NCBI GenBank assembly: GCA_963826115.1
Contig: CAWGVS010000006.1
Location: 512,001 to 576,000 of the forward strand
Reading direction: 5' to 3'
DNA length: 64,000 nt
From: an uncultured Candidatus Rokubacteria bacterium
GTDB taxonomy: Bacteria > Methylomirabilota > Methylomirabilia > Rokubacteriales > DASRDR01
Of this stretch, positions 50,204-61,411 are shown piece by piece. The translations under genes were made by a program, and so were the position numbers. The notes below the pieces were generated by a model, which did not search any database, was not told the origin of the DNA, and saw nothing but the letters and a program-made list of their open reading frames with translations. Numbering within the stretch: position 1 is the stretch's first letter; the number at the start of each line of letters is the position of its first letter.

Positions 50204-51947
50204 TCAGAACGGGTGCTGCCCCACCGTGCCAGCTGGCATTTCGGGCAGCGCCATGACCACGAGCGAGCATGTCGCCGAACCGAGCGACGATGCGAGATAG
50301 AGAGTCGGCATCGGTTGCCCGTCCATTGCCAGCGGCGGCTCGGCAGTCGCGTACCGGTACCGGATGATGGTGGGGTCGCCGTAGAGACCGTAGATGCAGG
50401 AGTACACCACCCACGGGTTGTGTACGGGCGGTGGTGGCGGGGGCGACGGACACGCGACCTGGGATCCGACCACGGCGTCGGACTCGGTTCCGAGCTGACC
50501 TCGGAAGATGAGCCAGCACGGCGCACCCGGTGCCGCGTCCGCCGGGAGCTGTGGCGTCGGGAGGGCCTGGCTCGACTGGTCGGGGTCAATTCGAAGCGCG
50601 GACCACGTGGCAAGGTCGCGTCGGGCCCCGTCGGAAGTGTCGTAGAGAAGTCTGAAGTCCCCAATCATGGTCTCGCGTGAGCCCCAGATCGTGAGATTGA
50701 GCCCTTCGTAGGTCGCGTCTAGGGAGCCACGGAAGAACGTGTCGAGGAAGCCTGCAGCATAGCCGACCGCCCGCGGGAGCAGAATGTCCGCCATCGCGTC
50801 GTAGTTGTAGCGGTTCAGGGTGAACTTCTTCCTCTTGCCGACGCTCTCAAGGTGCTCGTCCCAGAGTGAGCGGCTCGTCAATCGTACCGTTGGAATCACG
50901 TCGTTCGAGAGCCTGTCGATCACATCGCGCGCGTAGAACGTCAAGGGGGCCGTCACGGTGCCCTTCAGTGTCGGGACCGAGTACATCATCGACCCCTCGA
51001 CGTACGCTGTCTGCTCGCAAGGCGGCTCGAGCAGACTCGTGCATGGCGCCGAGCCCCCTCCAAGATTCGTTCCAGCCGACAGGAAGTTGCGGCTGCTGAA
51101 GTCAGCGAGTCCGCCGCAGGCCGCCGTCGCTGAAGAAGTCCTGGTAGGGCCGGGTTAGAACTGCCCCGTAACCACCAAGCACCAGTTCTGGTGGAACGCT
51201 CACCCGTCGGAAAGTGCGCCCCAGGACCCGTGCTTCGATGTACTCCTCGTACCAGCTATGGCCTCCGACAAGCCAGTTCACCCCATCCGCGCAGTCGGCG
51301 TGTGGATCGTTTCGCGTGTGCTGGGGCTGAGCCATGTCCTCGAGGACATGCAACACCTGCCCGAGAGCACGGAACATGAGAGCAGTGTGCTTCTCTCGAA
51401 CTGGGCGTGAGGACGCAACCAGTGACTGGTACTGGTAGCTCGCGTGCGTCGAGCAGGGAGAACTGGTTCTGGCTGGAGTCCCGTACCGCGTCCCTGACGA
51501 CCCAGGGCCCAATCCGGCGCCGGCTTACCCGTGAACGGGCCGACTGTGAGCCCGCGGCCGTTTCGCTGAACGTCGAGAAAGTGATTGAAGACCCGATCTA
51601 TCGCCGATGGGGGATTCTTGGGCTTCACGCATCCGGCGACGGCACCCGACGGCGCTATCTGTGAAGTCATCCTCGCGAATGGCGCCCTCGATCGTCCAAT
51701 CCTGGGCCGTTCCGGTGTTCACGAATTGAGCGAGACGGTCTGCACCGGTCCGACTTGCCACATCGAAGGTGTCGTCGTCGGCCATGCCGATGCTCTGGCG
51801 GTACGCCGATACTCCGACGGAGGACTTGTACGCCTGGCGCGTAATCTCAGCATGCGTACGCAGTTCGTAGGCGTGGGCAGGGTACCGGCCAGCGCAAGTT
51901 GCCGACAGGAACGACAGAAGCAGGGCGAAACGCCGAGTCGAAGTCAA
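50204..51947 (-). pseudogene. Secreted Zn-dependent phospholipase C/P1-nuclease-like protein with four +1 frameshifts
   Basis: Stitched frames: signal-AHA/YELRTH...GAIREDD / RVFNHF..DWALG / QNQFSLLDAR / FRALGQVLHVLEDMAQPQHTRNDPH..YEEY / GLADFSSRNFLS...LLPRAVGYAAGFLDTFFRG. Confidence 0.7.
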
Positions 51948-52660
51948 TTGCCGCCTCCAAAATCCAGGAAGTCGATGCCGGTTCTCAATCTCCAGAGGAG
52001 AGTGTCGAGATCCCTGGATTGGCCTGCTATCCGATCGGCCTCAGCCTTTATGAGACGCAACCTGTTTGCATAGGCTCGTCGGAAGGGAAGTGGGTCCTGG
52101 TCGGACAAGCTCGTCCCCTCGAGAGGATCGGCTGCCTTTTGAAGTTCCACGATCGTTTCCGAAGGGGTGCCCCGAAATAGGGAAAGCTCGAAGGTGCTGC
52201 CGGCCTGATTGAATGCGTGTACGCGAGCTGCATCAGGCTGTCCGACTGGGGTCGCATTGTGGATCAGTCTGGCGCGGTAACCGGGTCGGAAGAGACTGAT
52301 GAGCGGGTCCCGCCCGGCAATCATCCCTTCGACGCCGCTCTTTACAGGGCCCCAGGCGGGAAAGGAGAGCTGTCCGTCGGGGCCGCTGACGGCTTCGAGG
52401 GCCATCAGGACGCCTCGGCGTCGGTCGTAGACCAGCCAGGCGGCGATGGCGTGGACGTCGGCGAGGGGCTGGCCCGTCTGCTGGTCGACGACACGGATCG
52501 AGAATCCGGGCGCCTCGTACAGACACGCGACGATGTGGGGGCAGAGCGGATCGGACTTGTCGTTCTGCCCCAGCGCGGAGGCGGTCAGGCCGAGCACCGA
52601 GGCGACGAGGAGCGTCACGCTCCAGGCTTTGCGTCCCGCGAGTCCCGTGAATGCCCGCAC
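51944..52660 (-). CDS. Exported protein with carboxypeptidase-regulatory-like beta-sandwich
   Basis: Signal peptide; RVVDQQTGQPL, EAVSGPDGQLSFPAW, LFRPGY; overlaps both neighbours. Confidence 0.72.
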   Translation of the reverse strand: MRAFTGLAGRKAWSVTLLVASVLGLTASALGQNDKSDPLCPHIVACLYEAPGFSIRVVDQQTGQPLADVHAIAAWLVYDRRRGVLMALEAVSGPDGQLSFPAWGPVKSGVEGMIAGRDPLISLFRPGYRARLIHNATPVGQPDAARVHAFNQAGSTFELSLFRGTPSETIVELQKAADPLEGTSLSDQDPLPFRRAYANRLRLIKAEADRIAGQSRDLDTLLWRLRTGIDFLDFGGGN

Positions 52661-53904
52661 TACATCTCCTCGATGAGCCAGCGGCCGAGGGCGTCGCGCC
52701 GGAACTGGATGAAGTAGAGCTGCGGGCCTGAGGGCTCGTCACGCACGACGACGGCCTCCGCCAGGTCCCCGAGCTGGTCGGTCACGTTGAGATCGCCGAG
52801 GGCTGTCGCGGCGGCGGGAAGACTGGATCCGAGATCATCGAACACTTGCTCCATGCGTGCGCGGAGCGTAGGGGCGATGAACGACAGCGCGCCCGTCACG
52901 TCCCCGGCCTGGAGCCGGGACTTGAGACCACTCCAGAGAGCGTCGAAGCGAGCGCTCACGGCTGCCGGGTCGCTGGCGACGAGGGTGGTGGAGGCCGTGT
53001 AGATGACCCCTTGGTCGTCCACCACGCGGAGAGTCGGGAACCAGAGGCCTGCGGTGGAGTAGATGGTCTGACTGTCCTCCAGGCTCTCCATCGGCGGACC
53101 AAAAGCCCCACCCCCCGTTGGATCCAGCTCGTATTGTATGAGGGCGCGTCCGCTGTTGTTCACAACTTTCCAGGTGACAGTGAGCGGAGCGACGCCGTCT
53201 GCGGGCGCGCCCACGAGCTCGACGGCGGACGGTGACGCCGCACTGACCGTGACCGCCTCCGACCTGGTCACCGAGTCACCGCCGACCACGCTTGCGGTGG
53301 CCGTGAGAAGTGTCACGCTCGGATCCACCGGGATCTCGACGGCCCACTGGCTGCCGTGAATCAAGGCCGGGACGCCGTTGACGCTGACGCCCGCCGGCGC
53401 CGGCGCGCGCACGGTGCCGCGGACTAGCAGGGCGCCCTGAGGCACCGACGCTCCCGCCGGGGGGCTGGCGATGGCCACGTCCAGGCAGGCCCCCGCGCTG
53501 GTGACCGACACGCCGAGCGCCGCGCCCGGCGGCCCGATCATCCAGACGAGCAGGGTGTTGTCGCCCGCGAGCCGGACCGACTGCTCCACGACCCGCCGCT
53601 GACCCGGGGCCTCCAGCATGACGATCGTCTCCCGCTGGTTCAGAACCACCACGGCCAGGGCGACCCTCGGGCGCCCGTTGGGGCCGTTCTCCACCCGGAG
53701 CTGACCACCCTTCTCCGGCTGGCAGGCGGGAAAGCGCTCGATCGCCGGGAGGGGGAGCGCCGGTTTGACCACGTACTCCTTCGGCCCGAAGGCGGGCGCC
53801 GCGTGGGCCGTGGCGGCGAGCGCGGCGACCAGGGCGCCGACGAGGGCGAGAGCGTGTGCCCGGCGAGCGGGCCGGGGTGCGACGCGGGCCAGGAGAGTGG
53901 TCAC
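52660..53904 (-). CDS. Secreted Ig-like/PKD-like multidomain protein
   Basis: GAGGAGG RBS before GTG 53904, signal peptide ending AHA; VRGTV..VSVNGVPA, GVAPLTVT, Y..AGLWFPTLRVVD; C-terminal W..LK..L..GD...AL...YFIQF..D..G.W.I. Confidence 0.75.
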   Translation of the reverse strand: MTTLLARVAPRPARRAHALALVGALVAALAATAHAAPAFGPKEYVVKPALPLPAIERFPACQPEKGGQLRVENGPNGRPRVALAVVVLNQRETIVMLEAPGQRRVVEQSVRLAGDNTLLVWMIGPPGAALGVSVTSAGACLDVAIASPPAGASVPQGALLVRGTVRAPAPAGVSVNGVPALIHGSQWAVEIPVDPSVTLLTATASVVGGDSVTRSEAVTVSAASPSAVELVGAPADGVAPLTVTWKVVNNSGRALIQYELDPTGGGAFGPPMESLEDSQTIYSTAGLWFPTLRVVDDQGVIYTASTTLVASDPAAVSARFDALWSGLKSRLQAGDVTGALSFIAPTLRARMEQVFDDLGSSLPAAATALGDLNVTDQLGDLAEAVVVRDEPSGPQLYFIQFRRDALGRWLIEEM

Positions 53905-53966
53905 GGAATCATCCTCCTCGTCTCGGATGCCATACACCCCGCGGAGGTGTGACGGCCGACTCGGAG

Positions 53967-53981
53967 GCAAGAAGAGGGCCA
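53967..53981 (-). promoter_or_regulatory. sigma54 -24/-12 promoter of the secreted-protein cassette
   Basis: TGGCCC-TCTTC-TTGC (GG-N10-GC), about 60 nt upstream of GTG 53904. Confidence 0.68.
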
Positions 53982-54083
53982 GGCGCGCGCTGACTTCGGG
54001 ATCGTGATCCTGAAAGCATCGTCCCGGCGAGCCGTTTCGCCGCGGAGAGGCACGGAGCTCGGCGCGCCGATGGCGGGGCCGGC

Positions 54084-54319
54084 TGCACTGATTCCTGTGC
54101 ACCGCTCGAGGGTGGTCCTCGCGTGCACGCACACCATCTGCGATCAACCGCGCACTCGGGACATCGACGAGCGCGCGTCGCATCGTCCCGTGGAGACGGG
54201 CAAAGTCTGTTGTGGCCGCCGCTCCGGTCTCACGAGTCCGCGCGCCCAGCCGGTCGGCGATCTCGTTCCGCGCGGGGGGTGCACCGAAAACAGTGCAGTG
54301 GTGCACATGAACGTGTGCA
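54084..54319. promoter_or_regulatory. Three TGCAC-N8-GTGCA palindromes (enhancer sites)
   Basis: TGCACTGATTCCTGTGCA 54084-54101, TGCACCGAAAACAGTGCA 54280-54297, TGCACATGAACGTGTGCA 54302-54319. Confidence 0.75.
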
Positions 54320-54381
54320 GTGCAGCAGGCTGCACACGCAGAGATTCGCTGTATCCATTCGGAAACTCAGCAGGCGCGTCG

Positions 54382-54397
54382 TGGCATTCCCGTTGCA
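54382..54397 (+). promoter_or_regulatory. sigma54 -24/-12 promoter
   Basis: TGGCAT-TCCCG-TTGCA, about 60 nt downstream of the tandem palindromes. Confidence 0.82.
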
Positions 54398-54653
54398 CCT
54401 CTCTGAGCGCGTCTGCCGTGAAGGTCCGCCGGATCGTCCCCGCCGTCGCGGGACCGTCGGCCGGAACGGCGAACGACGGGGGGACATCGGGGTGAGGTGG
54501 AAAGGGGCAGTCGGATCGCGGGGTTGCGCCCTGCCGTGCTTGACACGGGGTCTGGCGCATAGTAGAAGATGACCGATCCGACGCAGGTCGTTCCGCGGCC
54601 ACGGGTGGCGGAACGAAACCGACGCACCGAACACCACCTCGGGGGAGGACTCG

Positions 54654-54920
54654 ATGCCCTACATCATTGCCGAGCCGTGCATCGGCGTGAAGGACAAGGC
54701 CTGCGTGGAGGTCTGTCCGGTTGACTGCATCTACGAGGGTGACACGATGCTGTTCATCCACCCTGAGGAGTGCATCGACTGCGGCGCCTGCGAGCCGGTG
54801 TGTCCGGTCAAGGCGATCTTCGCCGAGGACGAGACCCCCGATCAGTGGAAGCAGTACATCGAGCTCAACAAGCAGTTCTTCAAGGACCACCCGGGAGTCA
54901 AGCCCGCGACCAAGACCTAG
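54654..54920 (+). CDS. 7Fe-type ([3Fe-4S]/[4Fe-4S]) ferredoxin, FdxA-like
   Basis: MPYIIAEPCIGVKDKACVEVCPVDCI, CIDCGACEPVCPV; GGGGAGG RBS. Confidence 0.93.
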   Translation: MPYIIAEPCIGVKDKACVEVCPVDCIYEGDTMLFIHPEECIDCGACEPVCPVKAIFAEDETPDQWKQYIELNKQFFKDHPGVKPATKT

Positions 54921-55031
54921 CGCTCGGCTCCGGTCGGCGAGGCCGCGAGGGGCGTCTCCGCGAGGTGACGCCCCTCGCGCGTTCGGACGCCCGCTAGCGC
55001 CCCGGGCCGGGCTTCGCGCCCAGGACGGGTC

Positions 55032-56390
55032 GTGAGCCGCGTGACGGCAGTCATCGGCGCGGCCCGCCAGCTCCTGCGGCCCCGCCGGAGCTATCGAGAA
55101 CTCGAGGGCCTCGAGGAGATCTCGCGGGCCTTCGAGGCGATGACCGACATCCGCGAGACCTACGGCCGCCTCACCAGCCGGCTCGCCGAGCTCGTGGGCT
55201 GCGAGAAGTGCGTGATCTCGCTCTACGAGCCCGAGACCCGCGAGTTCGTCTGCCAGTGGCCGGGTTACAACGTCTCGGACGAGCTGCTCAAGAAGGTCCG
55301 TTACCCGGCCGACGCGCTCCGCCCGGCGTGGAACTTCCGGCACCGGGGACCGATGGTCAACAAGCGGCCCGAGGAGTTCAACGAGGAGCAGCGGGCCTTC
55401 CTCCGGCCGTTCGGCGTCTACAACCTCAGCGAGTTCCCGCTCCTCCACGAGGGCCGCTTCGTCGGCAAGATCTCCATCGCCAACAAGCCGGGCGGACTGT
55501 CCCAGAACGACATCCGACTGGTGACGGTCTTCGCAGCCCAGGTCGCGGTGGTGATCCAGAACGCGCACCTCTATCGCCGGCTCCAGGAGTCGGCGGCCCA
55601 GCTCGAGGTCAAGGTCCAGGCGCGGACTGCGGAGCTGGAGGCGACGTACCGTCAGCTCGAGGCTTCTCACGCCCGCCTCCGCGAGGTCGACCAGCTCAAG
55701 TCCGACTTCCTCGGCAACGTGTCGCACGAGCTCCGGACGCCGCTCGCCGCGATCAAGGGCTACGTGGACAACCTCCTGGACGGCGTGGCCGGGCCCGTCG
55801 TCGACAAGCCGCGTCACTACCTGGGCCGCGTCCGTGACAACGCCGACCGGCTTGGGCGCATGGTGTCCGACCTCCTCGACTTGACGCGGATCGAGGCGGG
55901 GAAGATCGAGCTGCTGCCGGAGGCCCTGTCCGTCGCCGACATCGTCGGCGACGCCGTCGACGGGCTGCGTCACCTCTCGGTCGGGCGGCACGTCCGCGTG
56001 ACCGACGACGTGGTCGCGTGCCCTCCGGTCTGCGCCGATCCGGACAAGGTCCACCAGGTCGTGACCAACCTCCTCGCGAACGCGATCAAGTTCAGTCCGC
56101 CGGGCGGCGAGGTGGTCGTTACCGGCGGCCCGGCCGCCGATGGGCTGGTGCGGCTCGCGGTGGAGGACGCGGGGCCCGGCATCCCGCTCACGGAGCGGGA
56201 GCGGGTCTTCGACAAGTTCTACCAGGTGGGCCGCCTCGAGGGGGAGCGGCCGCCCGGTACGGGCCTCGGCCTCACGATCGCGCGCCACCTGGTCGAGCTC
56301 CACGGCGGGCGGATCTGGGTGGAGGACGCGCCGGGCGGCGGCGCGGCCTTCGTCGTCCTGCTGCCCGCCGCGGGGGGTCGGACGCCATGA
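55032..56390 (+). CDS. Cytoplasmic GAF-domain sensor histidine kinase
   Basis: GAF region, SHELRTPL H-box, NLLANAIKF, D.GPGI, FDKFYQ, GTGLGL; no TM. Confidence 0.93.
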   Translation: MSRVTAVIGAARQLLRPRRSYRELEGLEEISRAFEAMTDIRETYGRLTSRLAELVGCEKCVISLYEPETREFVCQWPGYNVSDELLKKVRYPADALRPAWNFRHRGPMVNKRPEEFNEEQRAFLRPFGVYNLSEFPLLHEGRFVGKISIANKPGGLSQNDIRLVTVFAAQVAVVIQNAHLYRRLQESAAQLEVKVQARTAELEATYRQLEASHARLREVDQLKSDFLGNVSHELRTPLAAIKGYVDNLLDGVAGPVVDKPRHYLGRVRDNADRLGRMVSDLLDLTRIEAGKIELLPEALSVADIVGDAVDGLRHLSVGRHVRVTDDVVACPPVCADPDKVHQVVTNLLANAIKFSPPGGEVVVTGGPAADGLVRLAVEDAGPGIPLTERERVFDKFYQVGRLEGERPPGTGLGLTIARHLVELHGGRIWVEDAPGGGAAFVVLLPAAGGRTP

Positions 56391-56780
56391 CGGTGGGCGA
56401 CATGCGCGCGCCGGTGCCGGCCGAGGACCGCCTGGTCCTGGTCGTCGACGACGAGGCCGACCTCCTCCAGATCGTCTCCGACCGGCTGGCCGCCGCGGGT
56501 TACCGTGTCCTCACGGCGCGCGACGGTGTCGAGGCGCTGGCCTCCGCCCGCGAGGCCCGCCCCGGCTGCATCATCCTCGACCTCAAGATGCCGCGGCTCG
56601 GGGGCTTCGAAGCGCTGCCGGCGATCCGGCAGGCGGCCCCCGCCGCCCGCGTGATCGTGCTGACCGGCTCCCCCAACCGTCCGCTCCGCGAGGCGTGCCG
56701 CGCCCGCGGCGCGGACGAGTTCGTGCTGAAGCCCTTCGACCCCGGCGAGCTCCTGCGCCTGACGGCGCAGGCGTTCCGCC

Positions 56781-56788
<8 letters not shown>
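56387..56788 (+). CDS. Single-domain response regulator
   Basis: VLVVDDE, ILDLKMP, LTG, KPF; ATGA overlap with the kinase. Confidence 0.9.
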
Positions 56789-58220
<1,432 letters not shown>

Positions 58221-58421
58221 ACCGGATCTGCCGATACGATCAGCGTCGCGGTTCTGGACGCGAGCCGCGGCCGGGACGCGCTGACGTGTGACCGGGACTT
58301 CGCCGTCGCTGGCTTCCGCGCATGGCCAAGCCACGCCTGACGGGGCACCGCGCGCGCCCCACAGCCCTCGTGCCGGGCAGGGTGGTGAGCCGACTGGAGC
58401 TCCGAGGACGGCGATGCGCGC

Positions 58422-59642
58422 TCAGCCCGGGAACGCCAGGTCGAAGAACAGGGCCTGCGTGTCGTCGAGCGTCGTCTGGAGCGTGCAGCGCGACGTGAGC
58501 CGCGTGTTCGTCGGCGGGTGAGGGATGCCCGCATAGGTCTCGGTCCAGGTCGAGATCGCGGCCCGGCGACCCCGCTGGTCCGGCGCCTGGCTGGGCAGGA
58601 TGGCGTCGAAGACGTCGCCGTCCGGCGTGCCGTTGTGGCTCCCGTGGTGCGAGACCTTGAGGAAGTGCACGGGGCCGAGCACGCCCTCGCGCTGCATCGT
58701 CCGCCAGCTCCGGGTCTCGGCGTCCCCCGCGAACAGGAGCCGCCACCCGCGCCATTTCAGGAGCAGCACGACGCTCGTGTTGTTCGCCGCCTTGTCGATG
58801 GCGAGGAGGTTGTCGGAGAGGCCGCGCCGCCGGGCCTCCACCATGTTGTAGAAGGCTCCCGCGTCGACGCCGGCGGGCGGCACCGGATCCGCGGCCGCGG
58901 GCACGGCGCCGAGCGCCCCGTCGTCGTCGCCGAGCCAGAGGGGCTGGAAGCGCCCGTAGTACTCGGTCGTGTCCTCTTCCGGCGCCCAGATCTCGAGCTG
59001 AGCCTCCTTGAAGGGGTGCTTGCCCGCCGGATCGAAGAGCGGCGCGCCCCCGGCGGGGTTGCCCACGCTCCGGTGGACGTAGTGGGTCTTCTGCTGCGGC
59101 GCGAGCTTCCGCAGGAAGTCGACGCACGCCGTCGTGCTCGCCGGATTGTTGATGGCGAGGAAGCGGAGGAAGGGCGCCCGCGCCTCCTCCCCGACCGCGA
59201 GGAGGTACCGCTCGATCCTGGCGAGCATGGCGCGGTGGGCCAGGAGCTCCTTCTTGGCGGCGGGATGGGTGTCGTAGTAGGTCGGGTGGGCGGAGGCGGT
59301 CAGCCACGCGTAGTCCACCGTGAGCTTCGCCGCGAACTGGTTGCCGGGGTAGGTCTTCCAGGCGGCGTGCGGCAGCCCTTGCACGTGGTCCAGGTGCTCG
59401 TGGGTCATCACGTACAGGTCGACCGGGCGGCCGGCGAGCTCCGTGACGATGTCGTCGAACACGGGCTTGAACACGGAGTCGTCGCCGCCCTCGGGGCTGG
59501 CCACGAGGGGCGCGTTCCCCACGTCGATCAGGATGTGGCGGGTCGTGACCGCGTTCGTCTGCGGGTCCCGGTCGGGAACCGTGACGAGGATCCCGTCCCC
59601 GAACCGCACGTTGTAGAAGCGGACGCGGAGCGTGTCGGTCAC
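58422..59642 (-). CDS. Metallo-beta-lactamase-fold hydrolase (ComEC-like)
   Basis: NVRFGDG, LIDVG, THEHLDHVQG, NNTSVV, LFAGDAE, LKVSHHGSHN; no signal peptide. Confidence 0.88.
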   Translation of the reverse strand: MTDTLRVRFYNVRFGDGILVTVPDRDPQTNAVTTRHILIDVGNAPLVASPEGGDDSVFKPVFDDIVTELAGRPVDLYVMTHEHLDHVQGLPHAAWKTYPGNQFAAKLTVDYAWLTASAHPTYYDTHPAAKKELLAHRAMLARIERYLLAVGEEARAPFLRFLAINNPASTTACVDFLRKLAPQQKTHYVHRSVGNPAGGAPLFDPAGKHPFKEAQLEIWAPEEDTTEYYGRFQPLWLGDDDGALGAVPAAADPVPPAGVDAGAFYNMVEARRRGLSDNLLAIDKAANNTSVVLLLKWRGWRLLFAGDAETRSWRTMQREGVLGPVHFLKVSHHGSHNGTPDGDVFDAILPSQAPDQRGRRAAISTWTETYAGIPHPPTNTRLTSRCTLQTTLDDTQALFFDLAFPG

Positions 59643-61411
59643 GCGCCGGCCGCCGGCGTGATGTGGAGCATGCGGACCGCGCTCTGGACTCGCAGGACGT
59701 CCAGGATCACGTCCCCGCGGACGACGCCCTGGAGGGGCCGCCCGTCCAGCCCGAGCGCCTCGTCACCGAGCCGCAGCATGTCGGCCGCGAGCAGGCCCGC
59801 GAGGAAGCGATCGCGGTCCGCCCGCTGCTGCCGGCCCTGGTCCGACGGGAGGATCGCGCGGACCGTGCGCGTCTTCCAGTCGATGGCGAGCGTGGTGCCC
59901 GCAACGGTGCGCCGCTGGCGGGGGAGCCCGGGCCCGACCGGGTTCGGCTCCACCTGGCTCCACGAGACCTTGAAGAGGCACTCGCGCACCTCGTGCTTGC
60001 CGTCGCGGTGCCAGTAGAGCTTGGTCACGTCGAGGCGCGGCCGCACCTCGAACGGGACGCTCCGCGGGATGCCGAGCAGCTTCCGGTTGGCGTTGGCGAA
60101 CGCGTAGGCCGCCCAGTCGCTGGTCACCAGGGCGTCGAGATCGAGCTCGGCGACCGCGGGGTGCTCGAAGTTCGTGCGGACGTCGAGCTCCGCGCGCGCC
60201 TTGACGATGCCGCGTGCCACGAACTCCTCGCGGATCCAGTCCCGCTGCTCGCTGCTGTCGGGGTGCGACGCCTCGTCGGCGGCCAGGATCGCGCGGCCGA
60301 GGTCCGCGAACGAGACGTCGCCCGGCGGGAGATAGTCGAGCCCGCGGTAGAGCGTCCGCTTGAAGCGCTCCGCGCCGACGAAGAGCGCCTTGAAGGCCGT
60401 CGCCGCCCCGCCGGCCGCCGGCGGCGCGGGGTCCGCGGCGGCCTGCTTCGCCTGCTGGTAGTGGGTCTCCGCGGCCTCGACCAGCGTCGTCCGCGGCTCG
60501 CCCGCGCCCGCGAACTCGGCCTTCAGCGACTCGTGGAGCTTGACCATGACGCCGTAGAGCGCGCCCGAGAGGACCTGGCTCAGGTCGTGCGGCTCGCTCC
60601 GGTCCACCCGATCCGCGCGCTTCGCCCGGGGCTTGAGCGACTTCGTGTTGGCGAGGTCGCGGAGGTACGGGCGGTTCTCCTGGAGCGCGCCGGCGAACTG
60701 CTCGGCGATGCCCGTGAAGGCCGTAGAGCGCGCGATGGAGCCGTTCGTGTCGCGCAGGACCTGTTCCGCGAGGGTCTTCGAGCGGAAGGCCGAGAGGAGC
60801 GCGGTCAGGTCGGCGACGGCCTCGTGGATCGCCAGCGCCTGGGGGGAGTAGGCGTGGTAGAGGTCGGGCGCGATGCCGTCCAGGATCGCGTGCGCGGTCT
60901 CGTGGGCGACGATGTCCTGCGAGTGCGCGGTGTGGACGCGGCCGCGACCGGCCGCGGTGAAATAGAAGAACTGGAGGCCGTGCGACTCGCGCTCGTAGAA
61001 GGCGTTGGCCCACTCCCCGGCGCGCGGGACGACCAGGAGCTGGGGCGCGTCGAACGCCCACACGATGCGCCGCCCGAGCGCGTCCGGCTCCTCGAACATG
61101 GCGAGCGTCTTCAGCACGGTCCCGAAGACGCTGACGTTGCCTTCCTGGCGGCCGACGGCCTCGCCGGCCTCGCCCGCGGCCCGGGTGGCCGTGTACGCGC
61201 CGGGCTTGTCGGGGGCGGCGGGCGGGGCGAACGGCACCGGCGGCTCGAGCCTGCCGGTCTTCGCGTCGAAGTCGAGGATGGCCACGCGCGGGGTGATCGG
61301 CCCGTCGAGGAAGATGTCCTCGCTCTGGGCCACGAAGGGCTCCGTGGGAGGCACGCCCTTCCACTCCGTGACCTCGGGATCCTTCACGATGATCGGGATC
61401 CGGACGCGCAT
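59639..61411 (-). CDS. Gluzincin (M4/M36-like) zinc metalloprotease
   Basis: GAGGTGG RBS before ATG 61411; ANAFY, DIVAHETAHAILD, AIHEAVADL, LRDL, EPH; no signal peptide. Confidence 0.82.
   Translation of the reverse strand: MRVRIPIIVKDPEVTEWKGVPPTEPFVAQSEDIFLDGPITPRVAILDFDAKTGRLEPPVPFAPPAAPDKPGAYTATRAAGEAGEAVGRQEGNVSVFGTVLKTLAMFEEPDALGRRIVWAFDAPQLLVVPRAGEWANAFYERESHGLQFFYFTAAGRGRVHTAHSQDIVAHETAHAILDGIAPDLYHAYSPQALAIHEAVADLTALLSAFRSKTLAEQVLRDTNGSIARSTAFTGIAEQFAGALQENRPYLRDLANTKSLKPRAKRADRVDRSEPHDLSQVLSGALYGVMVKLHESLKAEFAGAGEPRTTLVEAAETHYQQAKQAAADPAPPAAGGAATAFKALFVGAERFKRTLYRGLDYLPPGDVSFADLGRAILAADEASHPDSSEQRDWIREEFVARGIVKARAELDVRTNFEHPAVAELDLDALVTSDWAAYAFANANRKLLGIPRSVPFEVRPRLDVTKLYWHRDGKHEVRECLFKVSWSQVEPNPVGPGLPRQRRTVAGTTLAIDWKTRTVRAILPSDQGRQQRADRDRFLAGLLAADMLRLGDEALGLDGRPLQGVVRGDVILDVLRVQSAVRMLHITPAAGA

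Noticed and set aside
51100-51670. Programmed ribosomal frameshifting in the PLC-like gene
   Set aside because: Four separate shifts with no slippery heptamers or homopolymer runs; decay or sequence error is more plausible
50164-54400. Prophage or integrative element explaining the lower-GC region
   Set aside because: No integrase, transposase, att-like direct repeats or phage genes seen
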